Shown here: positions 51,063 through 64,000 of the stretch, one piece after another
Numbering within the stretch: position 1 is the stretch's first letter
Layout of the letters: the number at the start of each line of letters is the position of its first letter
NCBI GenBank assembly: GCA_051294375.1
Contig: CM119269.1
Location: 4,497,098-4,561,097, forward strand
Length of the DNA stretch: 64,000 bases
From: Paraspadella gotoi
Lineage: Eukaryota; Animalia; Chaetognatha
Reading direction: 5' to 3'
Notes under the pieces: model-generated
Told to the model about the DNA's origin: nothing
Databases searched by the model: none
Seen by the model: the letters and a program-made list of their open reading frames with translations, nothing else
Position numbers and translations under genes: made by a program

Positions 51063-54000
51063 TTAATCGTTCTTTCTCGGCCGAAGAACAGGCAAAAATT
51101 CTCGGGTCCAAGAGTCGTGCCACTTTTCGTTGGAAAATGAAGAGAGGTTTTGTCGCAATCCTCGCAGAGAAGGGCCGCCATCAGCAGAACTGAAAATATA
51201 AAGCCTAAATAAATCTCTGCTGCCCCATGACCATCAGCCATCGATCAAAGCCGGCGAATAAAGCTATGAGAATTACCCTGCAACCTCGCTGCTAGGAAAC
51301 CCTCGAAAACAATTTCGAATCTGCCGGGCGAGTTGAGGGGAATCCTCGAAGACGAATCCGTTTTCCCCGTGACGAACTAACTCGGACAAACAGCGAAAGT
51401 TGACGGCGCAGACGGGAAGACCCGAACCAAACATGTCGACGACCTGGAGACGGGAGAATGAGTAGGAGGTTGAGAAAGAGGATGGGGAATGTTCATTAGA
51501 CACAAAACAAAGGTAAGGAAGCTCAAGGGAAAATTAAAATTAAAAAGAAAATAGTAGTGTGGCGAATCATAAATTCGCCTCCCGCCTCAGCTTGGTGAAA
51601 CTGAGCTCGTCCCATTGGCTTGGACAGCTAAGTACTCGTTCACCAACCGTGAGTTTCGAGTTCACTCCCCTCACGGACACGCTGGTTTAATTAGCATTAA
51701 CTCGAGCGAAGAAGAAATCGAGAGAGAAGATCAGGTAATTATTTACTGGAAAATAAACAAATTGGACGGTAAAAAAATACCTTCATGGGCAGATCTAGCC
51801 CCGATGATGAAGCGTGAAGGCAGACGCCCAAATCGGCGGATCCGAGAAGCAAAGGATAATCTTCCGGCTCCAACCAAGGCGTGCACGCAGAGACGCGACT
51901 CCAATTCCTTCGTCCGATCTCATCGATGTATCGCGCCTTCTCGGGACCTTTCCCCGTGATGGCGCAGACGAGTCGCGGAAGGGAGTAATCCTGCGAAGAG
52001 TAAGAGAAAACGGTGATAAGAAGCAAAGGGCGACGGTCAAATTCTTCCAACGCTTCACACCTCTTTCGCTTCATCATCGTAAAGGTCGAGCGCGCGAAGC
52101 AGGACTGCAAAGTCCTCGTCGGCCGTCCACGAAGTCGAGGAGACGAGAAGCGCGGGTCGATCCTCGCGGAGAACGCAGCGACGTCGGCGATGAAGCACCA
52201 CCCAGGGGACGTCTTCCTGAGAAGGAAGAGTAAGGGACAAAGAAGAAAGTATAAAATAAGAAAGAAAAAGATCGTAAAGAGCTAAGCTTAAAAAAAAAAG
52301 TTAAAAAAAAGAGAGCTAAGTTTCACCTTTTCTGATTCGCCGTCTACGTCGTCGCTGTCTTTCTGATCTTCGTCGGCTTCAAGTAGAAAAGATCGGGTAA
52401 AGGCCGTCTCGTCCAGGACTCCCGATGTCGCCACGTCGCTGGGCTCTGATGCTGAGTAACAGAAACAAAATAATCGCAAAATGACATTTTCATACGCCCT
52501 GATTAACGGCACGGAGAATGACCGATACACCAAAAAGGATCGATACGAAAAGACTGGATTAAACTCGTAATTCTTTTACTGTATAGGGCCTATAGGCTAT
52601 TATTTTTATTTTTATTATTATTATTATTTTTATTATTATTATTTTTATTATTATTATTTTTATTATTACTATATTTATTATTTTTATTATTATTATTATT
52701 TTTATTATTATTATTATCATTTTTATAACATTTATTAGTTAAAAAACTACTTGACATTTATGTTGATCTAAAAAAATGTTCAAGCGCGGAGTCACTTTTC
52801 TTCGTTTTTTAGTCCAAAGTTTAACAATTTCTAACGCTGATTGTGAAGTTATCTGATATAAAAATAAAAATTTAAAGGGAAAACGTGATGATTATTATCA
52901 AATATTATTCATATTATAAATTTTTTTTCTGGTTCGAGATAGATTTACTACTGTATCTTATTAATCAAAAAAATGAAGCATGAAAAAAAAAATTCATTTT
53001 TAAAAAAAATTATAACCTAAATGCTCTTCGTTTTGATAATATTACAAGTTTTTTCGTATCACTCGGGGTATCCGAAGTTATGTTAGGATACAAACCGGCA
53101 AAAACTTTGTAGTCGCCCGCGAGTTTAACGAAGAGATCGTGACGTTCGTCAACAAAGGTCGGGCCGGACATTCGCGCCGGACGGTCGTACAATACTCGGG
53201 CCTCGATTCCCCAACGAGAGAGGAGGTCAGACTAAGAGCGAAAATATTTTTAACGAGACTTAGGTTATCAGATCGATTTATTAATTTTAATTTAAAACTT
53301 TTTGAAAAGGAAACCAACCTTCATGGCGGCGGTGACACAGAAGTGATCGTCGGCTGTTCGACCGAAGACCCCTTCGTACCATCGGGCGATCCTGACGACG
53401 AGACTAGACTCGGGATGGCGAAGACCCAGTATGGAGAAGCCGTAGTTATGCCAGTCGATAATTAGTCGAGAGCCTGATAAAAAAAATTGGAAGTACCGGT
53501 ACAAAGTACATCTTTAGAGTTTCTCGTGTATTCCTGGTACATTAAATGAATTATAAAATGATTAGTACATTTTTATAGTGGCTCGCGTATTCCTGGCATA
53601 AAATACAGTCCTGTTCTAAAACATTACGCAAATAAATTTTGCTAAAATCCTTACTTATGAAATTGGTACAACCAATATAAAAATTATCCATTCATTTAAT
53701 AAATATGTAAGAAAAAATATAAAATATAAAAAATATAAAAATATAAAATATGTAAGAAATTATAGAAAGTGTGGGATAGAGAAGCCGTATGTCTAACACA
53801 TCCCTGTAGAACTGTAGACTTTCTGACAGCGGCAAAAGTGGCAGCAATGACATCATTTTCAATGGGCGCCGTCGCAATAGCATTGTATTGTGTATTTTCA
53901 TAATATTTTTTTTAATAAATACCTATTTTATATTATTATTGTTATGTTTACCCGTCCAAACTGTTTTTTAAATATAGTCCCAAACAAATCAAACTAGTCT

Positions 54001-54785
54001 TTTCTAATCAATTAACAAAACGAAACAAAAGGATTATTACACTAATTTTGTCCCAAAAGAGCTGGACCACCCCGTATACAATTTACAAGTACATTTTTTG
54101 TAAATTTATGACTTTGTTTCACCGATTTGGCCCACACTTGCCTCAATGCCTCACCTTGCAACAGGCAGATCAGTTTGGCAACGGCGATGGCGGGCAACCC
54201 GGGGGGATTTTGCAACAAAACGTGAGACGGTTTCTTCGATCGGAGATAGAGGGCAAAAAAGATGGAGATTGACTGTCGAGTCGCTTTGTAAACGTATTGA
54301 ACAGGGCGGGGAAAGATCGTGTGGAAACCCAAAGACTCAGAGAGACGGTAGATGAAGATTTTGCTGGATGAAAAAACTGATTACATTAAACAGGGAGGAG
54401 AAAGAGAGGGAGAGAGCGAGAAAGCTTGTCAAAGAATCCCGACCGGTTTTCGACGATCTCGGGAAACGGGCGGCTCCCCCCGAATCCGAATAGGTCTACG
54501 TTAAAACCCTCCTTGGCCAGGGAGATGGCGTGATGCTGCATCCGGGGGGATCGACCCAGATCGCCTAAAAAAAAAGATCAGTTTCGATCTTTTGGGGAAG
54601 AGAGGCCGACGCGAGACGGACCGAGCCGTTTTAAGCGTCAACCCTCGGCATGAAGCACCTAACACGAGAACGGCCACGCGCCTCTTTCCGGATCCCCAGT
54701 ATCTCCTGACGGCGTAGATGAGGCAGACTGCGAAGAGGACCGGGATGAGGAAATCCGCCGCCGAGGGTTCCAACACGGAGCCCAT
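51063..54785 (-). CDS. ALG1: Chitobiosyldiphosphodolichol beta-mannosyltransferase
   Basis: [75 protein letters not shown]. Confidence 0.95.
52600..52720 (+). repeat. (TTA)n low-complexity tract in an ALG1 intron
   Basis: Visible trinucleotide-like array. Confidence 0.85.
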
Positions 54786-55233
54786 CGTCGTGACCAGGGT
54801 TTACGACCAAACAAAGAGACAATATTCTTTCGGAATCTATGATCTATGAAATCGGCACAACCAATATAAAAATTATTCATTCATTTAATAAACAAGCTAT
54901 CCTGCCCCTATGTCATTCGTTGAATTACATAATCATAAGTCAATCTGAAAAAAAAAAAATATAATAACAATTCATTTGTTGTAACAAAATAATAAAGTTA
55001 AAACGTCCATTACATTTTAAAAAAAATATAAAATACTGGACTATTAGAATTGTGTCATAGTTACTATTATAATGACAATTAATATAATGACAAATGACTA
55101 ATTAGTCTTTGGGCAAACAGCGACCTTGAATCCATTAACAATAACAAGAAAGTGAAATGTTGCGTCCACAGAGGCCTAATATTCACGCCAGATAAAATCC
55201 GAGGATATTCGACTACTTTATATATTATTTGCA

Positions 55234-58200
55234 TTAGCGATAGTTCCAAGCGTCGGCTGCAAATTGAGGCTGTCGGTGGTAGTTCGTTCGAGGAAATCCG
55301 TTTTGCAGAAACGGCGCCGGAGCGTTTTGACCACGTCTCGCTGAAGAATGATCGAACCGTAACGAAGGGGCATCATAGGGCCCGTGAGAAGAGTTTCCGT
55401 TTCGACCCACGTTGAGAGATTCTCGCGAGCGATGTCCCCGACCTCGCCCTCGGTAAGCTGAACGGCCGGAAGAAGAATTTGGCCCAGCAGTCGATTGAGT
55501 CGTAGCGGCGGAGTCCGAGGAGATAACCGACAAAAGACGGACGCCAAGTCCGGCCTCGAGCTGTCCATCGCCGAAGGGAACTGAAATGCGAAGACCTTCC
55601 GTCTCTCCCCAGGGACGCCATTCGATCGACTGTAAAAAGAATTTGGATGGCGAGTTTAAGAGCGATTCGAATCCCAAAAGTCTGAAATGGACTATTGATG
55701 AGAAATCTACCTTGTTGGTGGGAGCAAGAGATCTTGGTCTATAAATCAATTTGAGAAATCTTTCGCGAACATCCTCCTGAAGAGAAAAGTCGTTATTGCC
55801 GATTTTTCCTTTTCACATCACTTCTCACAATCCTAATGACCAATAGCCTCTCCACTCCACCTGTTTGCGTTTGACAACGGAAGCCGTCTGGCCCAACGTC
55901 TCGTTGACGACGTCTCCGTCCAGCGAGTAGTGGACGAGGAGGCGAAGTTCGTTGATGTACCTCACGTCTTTATCATCGATGACGACGTCGAAAACCAGTT
56001 CCGCGTCGTGATCGGGATATAGAGGCACTCGCTGGGGAGCCGAGAAAGATTACATATATGTACGTTAAGGCGTAGTAAAATTTCTAAATTTAACTTTAAT
56101 TAAAATTCTAAAAGTGAGGAACGAACAACATTATATTAATGAACATTTATGTAATCAAAAAATTCATAATAAATTTTACAATTTACGCAGTAGGCCATAT
56201 TTATACTAGTACTAAACCAATAAATGTTAAAATTTCAAAACAGTTTTTTCTAAGATTTTTTTGCAGATTTGGATTCGTCATAAAAAGTTGGTAAAAAGAA
56301 ATATAACTCTTTTTGAAATATTCCTTCATTAAGTGGGTCAAAAATTAGAAAAAGCTATATTTTAAGCTGAAAATTAACTTTTTATATATTAAATATAGTT
56401 TTTTTAATTTTTAACCCACTTAATGAAAGAATTTTTAAAAATGATTTATATTTTCTTTTATCAACTTTTGACGAGGAATTCAAATCTGCAATCAAAATTA
56501 AGAAAAGCTTATTTTGAAATTTTTCGATTTTTTAAGGATAGTACTATATATAAATATAGCCTACTGCGAAAATTAAAAAACATAAAATTAATTTTTTTTA
56601 CAAATTAATGTTCACTGATGGTATGTTGTTCATAATTGACTTTTAGAATTTTCGTATGTAACTTTCACTACGCCTTAATGTACGTATGCTATATATACAA
56701 TGTATATTATACATATATATATATATACGTATGCTACGTACGTATCAGATATGCGAAAACAAATTTTCTCAAAGAAACTTTTGTGTCGAGAAGAATTAAT
56801 TTGAATCGTTAACTATTTTCGAAAAAATTAACATAAACTAACAAAGCGATTTTTTTTCTCTCTTTCTCTTCATTTTTTTTAGCGATATGATGGAAATTAA
56901 AGAATTTTGAAAATGTTTATTCGTCTTTTTTAAACTATATAGTAGTGTCATGTCAAACACTGCGGTATTTGGCTCGAAAAATAATTCGTTCAACCGAAAA
57001 ACAATTCTTTATCTCCTCTCGAGACCCGAAATTGACAAGTTAAAAAAGAAAGAAAAATGATCGTGCATGCTACTTCCATACGGTCACGCAGATTCAAAAC
57101 AGATTTACTGATTTAAAACCACCTGTCCATTTTCGTCTAAATAAAATCCAAGACCACATCTGGCGCCCAGCATCTCCTCTTTCCGTTTGTCGGTCTGGAA
57201 CTCGGCCTGAGGGGCAAAGACCAGGGCTAAGAGTGAGGGCAGCCCAGCCACGTCGGGCATAATCGATGTATATCGCGTGCGGATGGTGTTGCCCGAAGAG
57301 TTCTGCGTCACAAGGCGATTATAAATAACTCGTAGTTGGATGTTTAGATAATAAATAGTAGTATATATCAAGATTAATGATTGTTTACAAGGGAGACGCC
57401 GGCGGAGACCATGAGGCGTTGGTGGCGCTGTTCGAGTCTGGCGTCGACAGCGACGCAGTTTACGCTGTCCTCGGCGATGCGGACTTTTCCGCAGGCCGGA
57501 CCGCTCAGCGTCACCGGCATGAAGTCGTAGGAAAACGCACTATAAGGACCCTTGGCATTGATAGAAAGAAAGAGATTGAAAAATAAAGACGGCGAAACGA
57601 GCCCCCGATAAAATAATTTTACCTGAAACAAACCGGGCCTGTTCTTGCAAGGATATCGGCCGGCCCCGGTGTTTCTTTGATCCTCCCAATTGACAGCGTC
57701 ATTCCCCTCCACCCTTTGCATGGCATCCAGAGCTCGCTTCGCCTCTCGAATTTTCCGGAGTGCCGCCATCGAGAGCTCCTCCTCCAAGTCGAGAGACGAA
57801 GTCGACTCCGTTTCGTAGGAATCAGACATGCCGTAGAAGCTTCTCTGTTGTTGAGAAAGAAATAAAGCCAAATCCTTGAAGCACGTTAGAGATTTCAATC
57901 ATTTAATTTCCACTCCGTCTCTCTAAAGATGACAAATATGGATAGAATGACATTGTCAGCTAACAACTAAAAATTGCGTATCCTATTATAATGATTTAGT
58001 TAAGTCATATCAACTGTAAAAGAATTTTTGTACAGTAAATTGTACAAATGTACAACCAAGCCTACCAGGGCAAAGTCCCGATCTCTCCTTTCGCGGTAGC
58101 TGTTCCGTCTTTCCTCGACCTCCCGATGCCTCTGCCGCGCGGCGCGATTCTTTTCAGACTCGGAACATTCGGCCAAGAATTTCGCCCAGCCCAGTCTCAG

Positions 58201-61200
58201 CAACTAAGGTGGGGGGGGGGTTGAGAAATGAATTTTTAACTGGTTTAGACAAGGTTAACGAGTTAAAAACAAAAGCCTCGCGTTTACTTCCTGGTTGAGC
58301 GATTGGGGGGTTTGCTTCGGGAAGACGTCACAACGAAGAACGCCCCGCACGACCGAGTAAATCTCCACGTACACGTCTTTGTCCTCAAGGAGGCGCGCGA
58401 CGTTGTCCGTAACAGTGGACTTTTGATCCTCGCACACTCTACGATGCGGCCACCTGATTCGTACATGAATAACTAGTACTGTAAGATAGAAACTTAACCC
58501 AAACGAAACTGTTGGCTTAGATTTTGATTTTAAAATACATACCCCTCGTAGGAGTCGGCACATATTCCTTTAAGGCAAAATTCCATAGCCTGAAACGGCT
58601 GGAATTTAATGGAATCCGGAATTTGAAAGAGACAATCGGGTGGAAGTTCCACTTCGTTTCCGTAATCGACGAAGAACACGCGAATCAATGAACGTTCTGT
58701 AAGAATTCAATATCTGACTAGTGACAACATAAGTTTCTCGATGTGACTCCCGACAGTTAAAATAATAGTTTTTATAATAATAAATAATATTAGATAATAT
58801 AATAATAAAAAAATCAAGCTTTCCAAAAAAAAAGAATGATGACAACGAGCATGAAAAATTTTGTATAAAAACAATTAGAATTTAAATTTATAGTATATTT
58901 CTTCTACTTTTTGGCATCCACCTTAAAACTGACCTTCGCGAGCGTTTAGATTATTTCTGGGTAAAATAATCGCTCGGTACAATTTTCCATCTCCCTCTCC
59001 GTTGAGGTCCAGCCATTGTCCGAGGCACAATGTACTTGGTTCGACCTAAATATGAGCATTTATAGCAATCAATATAAGTTTGGAAATAATTTATTTTATG
59101 TTACCACTTACATTAACAAGAGGCCTGTGTATGACATTAGGATTGTTGCATTCAATGTCGAACAACTGCATTAGTTGTCTTGTCTCGTCTTCGGAATAGA
59201 TTCCCCAAAATCGCTCGGGGGACACCACCCACGTGACTCTAATAGGGATAATTGTCCTGTCATGGAATTAAAAACAAGTAAATAATCTCCTTTTCAAAAA
59301 TAGCATTATGATTATCTAGCGATGCGCTCGATCAAAGATAGCGAACTGCAGTTTTCCCTAATTAATGAACTTTATTATCCTTCGGGTCACTTGCAGGTGC
59401 CAGTTTCTCAAGTCAAATAATAAAACTGAAACGACTAGTCCTGGTTATCGCATAATAAAAAATGTGGTCCTTAATAATTATAGTGGCCGCTTTTCCGTTC
59501 AAGGGAACTTCTTTGCCAGTTTGGGATGGGGATGATCAAACAGACCCCACATTAATTGCCGACCTATTTGAAGGTGACATAAAACTGACACCGAATTCAA
59601 ATCCGTCAACATGGAATTCAAGAAAAGATCAGAAATATCGATGGCCAGGGGGAAAAATACGATATCATATTTCCAAAGATTTTGAAGACAAGGCAAGTTC
59701 TGATGGAAATATTTTATCAGAAATTATACTTCGTGAATGATTTATTTAAAAAAAAAATACAGACATGGACGCTTCGCATGATTAAACAAGCCATGTCAAG
59801 GCTAGAAGAAAAAACTAAAGTAGGTTCAAAACCATGCCTTACATTCGAAGAATACGAACCTAACGATGTCGACAACAAGGACTACATAAACGTCATTATG
59901 GGTGGGTTATCATATATTATACAGAGCACAATTTTTTTTAAAAGTTAATGTAGGGTGATTTTGACCGTTCAGCGAAGCCTAAATAACTCTTCAATACAGC
60001 TGGTGGATGTTGGTCTTTCGTGGGTCGTCAAGGAAAAGAGTTTGGAGATGGAGGACGTCAAAACCTTTCCCTGGCGAATGGATGCTGGAGCGCAGGAACC
60101 ATTATGCACGAATTTTTGCATGCAGCAGGTCGGTTGATCGTCAAGAATGTCAACTGTTTTATGTGTTGGAAAAATAACTTCTCTGGATTTTTAAAAAAGG
60201 ATTTTGGCACGAGCAATCGCGCTACGACAGAGATCAGTACGTAACAATCAACTGGGACAACATTCCTAAGGACAAATGGAATAACTTTCTGAAGTATACA
60301 TTTGAAGAAACTGAAAACTTAAATCGTCCGTACGATTACGAAAGCGTCATGCATTATAGTAAGAAAAATACTGTTACATATTAGCAAGTGTGCTGGCTAA
60401 GACCTCTTCAGAAAATTTCATGGTCAACTTTATTGGAAAGGTGCCTACGGGTTTGCGATTGATAGAAATGTTAAGACAATAATTCCAAAAAAACCGAACG
60501 TTAAGATTGGTCAGAGAACCCATCTAAGCGCCAACGACATTAAAGGTAATTACATATTTTAAATTTTCCAAATATTACTCAATTCCAATCTGTAAAAACT
60601 TGTGCTTGAAAATGACCATTTTTCAGCTCTTTCCTTAACGATTTTTACGATATTGGGATTCAGAAATACAGTTGTACTACAACTGTCTCGAAAACATGGG
60701 AGAATGGGGCTGCGATTTCGAGGATGAGGGCGGATGTCACGGATGGAGACAAGAATCGGACGACGATTTCGATTGGAAAATAGTTCAAGGAATGACGATG
60801 TCTTCCGATACAGGACCAACAGATGATCATACCTTCGGCGATTGGCACGGGCACTTTGCTTACATAGAGGTTACAACTTAAAACAAAATAACTAGTATTG
60901 GAAGGCATTTAAAATATTTCCTAAAAATATTCACAGGTGACAGATCAGGAGGAAAATGAAACGGCGACAATAGTTTCTCCCACAATACACGGAGAATCTT
61001 GTCTCTCCTTTTGGTACAACATGTACGGAAGAGATATTGCGAGTCTTAAGGTAATAAAAATATTTAAAAAAATATTAAAAGCATAAGGATCGTCGCAATC
61101 CCATAGCAAAAATCGGGACCCATAACAAACTTTGATACTCAAAAAATCAAATTTTATAATTATACTGAAAAACTAAGTTTTATACATAAACTTGACTTAA

Positions 61201-64000
61201 TATATAAAAAATAAAATTAGCTTAGAAGTATAAAAATAAAACGAATATCAAATTACAAGGGACAAACGGATACAAAATTCTAGAGGAAAAAAAAAGAAAA
61301 ACAAGAGAAAAAAAAATAGATAAAAAAAAATAAATAAATTTGTTAAATATAAAAAAAAACAAAGAGAGATCAAACATTTAAAATATATCATTTTAGTTTT
61401 TAAAGCACATCGATGATGAGAAGCCATATCTAAATTTTCAGCTTCATACAATCCCAAAATCGTCTAAAGAACAAGCGATTGAGACGATAAAAATGTTTCA
61501 TTGAATATATTTTAAAGCTTTTTTAAAAAGTTAATTACACCTTCAGGTTATTCACCGAAAAGGGAGTTCTGACTTCACCTTGTTCGAGAGGACTGGGTCT
61601 CAAGGAACAGAATGGCTTAATTTCCAAAAAACCATTGCTGATGACGAGGAATACGAAATCCGGTTTACCGCCAACAAAGGAAAAGGAAACCTTGGCGACA
61701 TTGCAATCGACGACGTTAAAATAGCAAAAGGAAAATGTTAAAGCTTGTAAATGCTTGTAAATGTAATGACTCTTATTTCAGTTTCTTTGGAGCATTTAAA
61801 ATTGGTTGAAATATATCCATTCATCACTAAACCAAAAAAATTATTAAGGTCACTAATGTTTCGGTAGGGTTCGTATCGCTATAAGTTTAAAATGACCACT
61901 TTAAAGTGAGAATTGTTCATGACCTCAGATTAGAATCCATACATTAATCACTGCTTACAAAGTATTTATAGGAAAATAGAAAATATTTTAAAAAATGAGA
62001 GTTAACTTTGAATTTAGACCTCATATGACTTGAGAGAGGCCGTAAATTAAATTTCGCACACTTTCTCTGTCTTTGTTTCTCTCCTAAAAGATAAAAAGTC
62101 GGGGCATTTTTGATCGCTCTTCTCTGCAACCTTTCGTAAAATTTATAATCGTAAAATTGAATCTAATGTATCGATAAACCCGGGCCTCTTAGGATATTTG
62201 AAGCAAAAATAACATTTTTTAAAAGCGAATCCACAAATGAGAATCAAAAACTAAGTGATGATAGTGTTTACCAGTAACTGAGTACCAGCTACTTAAAACT
62301 AAAATATTGAAAGTTTTAATGATATTCATATGTATTATTTCACGTAAACCTTTATTTCTTTTAGTTCACTAAACCGGTGCAGAGAATTCGGACCAGAGAG
62401 AAAATACTAATTGTTCCCCCTTTTTATCAATCTGCTTCTATGGATATTATTTGCCACTTTCAAATTACCTTCTTGGCGAAGGCGGTTTGACGCGTCTTGT
62501 CGGATAGTTGAGATCCAGGTGCTCGTCGTCATCGTACTTTCCGGCGCGAGCGTCTCTTTTAACGTCGGCGAGGAATTTCTGGGCCTCTTCAACCGTCATC
62601 TTCTCGTACTGGTTGATCGGGTTACTCCTCATTCCACCGCGCCATCCGCTGATGATCTGTTCCAGTTTGAGAGAGAGAAGTACAGGCGGCAACACCTGAG
62701 GTGGGGGGAGAGGTTAGCGACCACAATTTTCACGAAAGAAAATCAGCTAAATAAGCCGATAAGAACGAACCTGATCTGCGTCCATTGGGACTCTCGGCCT
62801 GAACTCGACAAAGGACTTCGAACCCTCGAATTCCACGTCCAAAGAGAATAGTTTCATGACCTGCGGTCCAAGGTTTTTCGCAAAGAATTCTAAAATTCTT
62901 TCTTTGTAGAGCGGCCCGAGCGCTTCGTCAAAGCCTAGTACATATGATTAGTGATGAAGCGTGACAATTACTTACGTACGTTTGCCAAAATAAAATCAAT
63001 TTGAAACGTTGAAAATAAGCTGAGATTTTGTTTCTCTGAATTATTATGATTTAAATCATTTTCAAAAATCCAGCGTGATGATGACGAACATTAGCCGATT
63101 TTTTTTCTAAATTGGAAATTTAGGGCTGAAAAAAAACATTCTACAGGACGCTGTCGCAACACCAAGTTTAACTTCGAAAAAAAAAAAAAATTGTTTAAAA
63201 ATAGTGCTTTTGAAAAAAATTAAAAACCGACAATATGCACTGGCCAGTTAAAAGCTTCTAATAAATTAAGAACTGAAATCAGATTCGTATGTATATATGT
63301 ATAGCGTTAACTGTACACATTAACTATTGATAAATTAACAAATAACGACCATAAGTCATTCAATTCTTTTTGCCCCCCCCCTCCGCACCCCCGCTTTTTG
63401 CGTTTCGACTTGGCCTCAGATCGCAAAGATCGCACATCCCAAGAAATTAAAAAATCCGCCGTAATCACCTCTCAAGAAAACGGTGGTGCGAGGATCCCGA
63501 TTGCTCATTTCCTTTTGCCGGTGACGTAGACCGTCGCCACTCTCGTCGCCAGCGACGCGGACGAAGTAGTTTGGGTAAAAAGCGCCCGCGATGAGAAGCT
63601 TGAGGAAGAAGTCGCGCTTGCTCAGCGGATCCGACGATGTTGTCATGGAGATGGAAGTTGAGGCGTCCGAAGGGTGCAGGTTGAACCGATCGAGTCGACG
63701 CCAAACTTCTTGCACCTAAGGTCATGGGACAAATAAATTATTATAGAACAAATGATAACGGTTTTTCTAATAACATTTTTATACAGAAGCATCAATTAAA
63801 AATCGCTGGAATTGTGGCCATATATACATCACAACCTACCTGTTTGTCGACGTCCTTGAGCCGACGCACGTCAACACCGTTGTCTCGTTCCCATCGACGC
63901 TCGTAGCTCGGATCGTAGAAGCAGTTGTCCGTCGTCTTTTTTTTCCAACACTGGTAGGCGTTGAGGGAGGCGATAAGGTCGCTCTCGGTCTGGTTGCTCC
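55234..64000 (-). CDS. TDRD9: TDRD9/Spindle-E piRNA helicase-Tudor protein, 3' part (5' end beyond the window)
   Basis: [34 protein letters not shown], Tudor [69 protein letters not shown]. Confidence 0.9.
56069..56674. mobile_element. Foldback MITE (about 606 bp) flanked by TTAA, Kolobok-like termini
   Basis: ttaa|ggcgtagt ... actacgcc|ttaa, and nearly the whole element is an imperfect palindrome centred near 56375. Confidence 0.78.
59462..61741 (+). CDS. Astacin metalloprotease with C-terminal MAM domain (meprin-like), nested antisense in a TDRD9 intron
   Basis: Signal peptide, [30 protein letters not shown] zinc motif, Met-turn [12 protein letters not shown] domain CDFE...DDDFDW...TGPTDDHT...[10 protein letters not shown]...GDIAIDDV. 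Confidence 0.93.

Overview
This is eukaryotic DNA from a compact invertebrate animal genome, with CpG-rich exons, short AT-rich GT-AG introns and many MITE/SINE-like repeats. About 17 intron-containing genes can be traced: a secreted Thr-rich protein, clathrin light chain, an MFS transporter, a partial AA15 LPMO, a calmodulin-like protein, a MEGF10/Draper-like receptor, partial syntaxin-6, alternative oxidase, NSUN4, DAAM formin, a C2H2 zinc-finger protein, an EamA transporter, an F-box protein, an SLC22 transporter, ALG1, and TDRD9/Spindle-E with an astacin-MAM protease nested antisense in one intron. The main anomaly lies between about 7.6 and 38 kb. The DNA there consists of blocks that keep their orientation but lie in reverse order. 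Three genes (calmodulin-like, MEGF10-like, MFS) have their exon groups permuted, yet they rejoin with exact splice phase and continuous protein motifs when the block order is reversed. Two more genes (LPMO, syntaxin-6) lose a half at the outer junctions. All junctions coincide with repeats, so a scaffolding artefact is the most parsimonious reading. If long reads confirm the order, it would imply programmed DNA unscrambling or trans-splicing of permuted genes in an animal. Other notable points are an operon-like NSUN4-AOX pair about 100 nt apart, a GC-AG intron, and a duplicated EamA exon. All exon models and family assignments were made by eye, without database searches.
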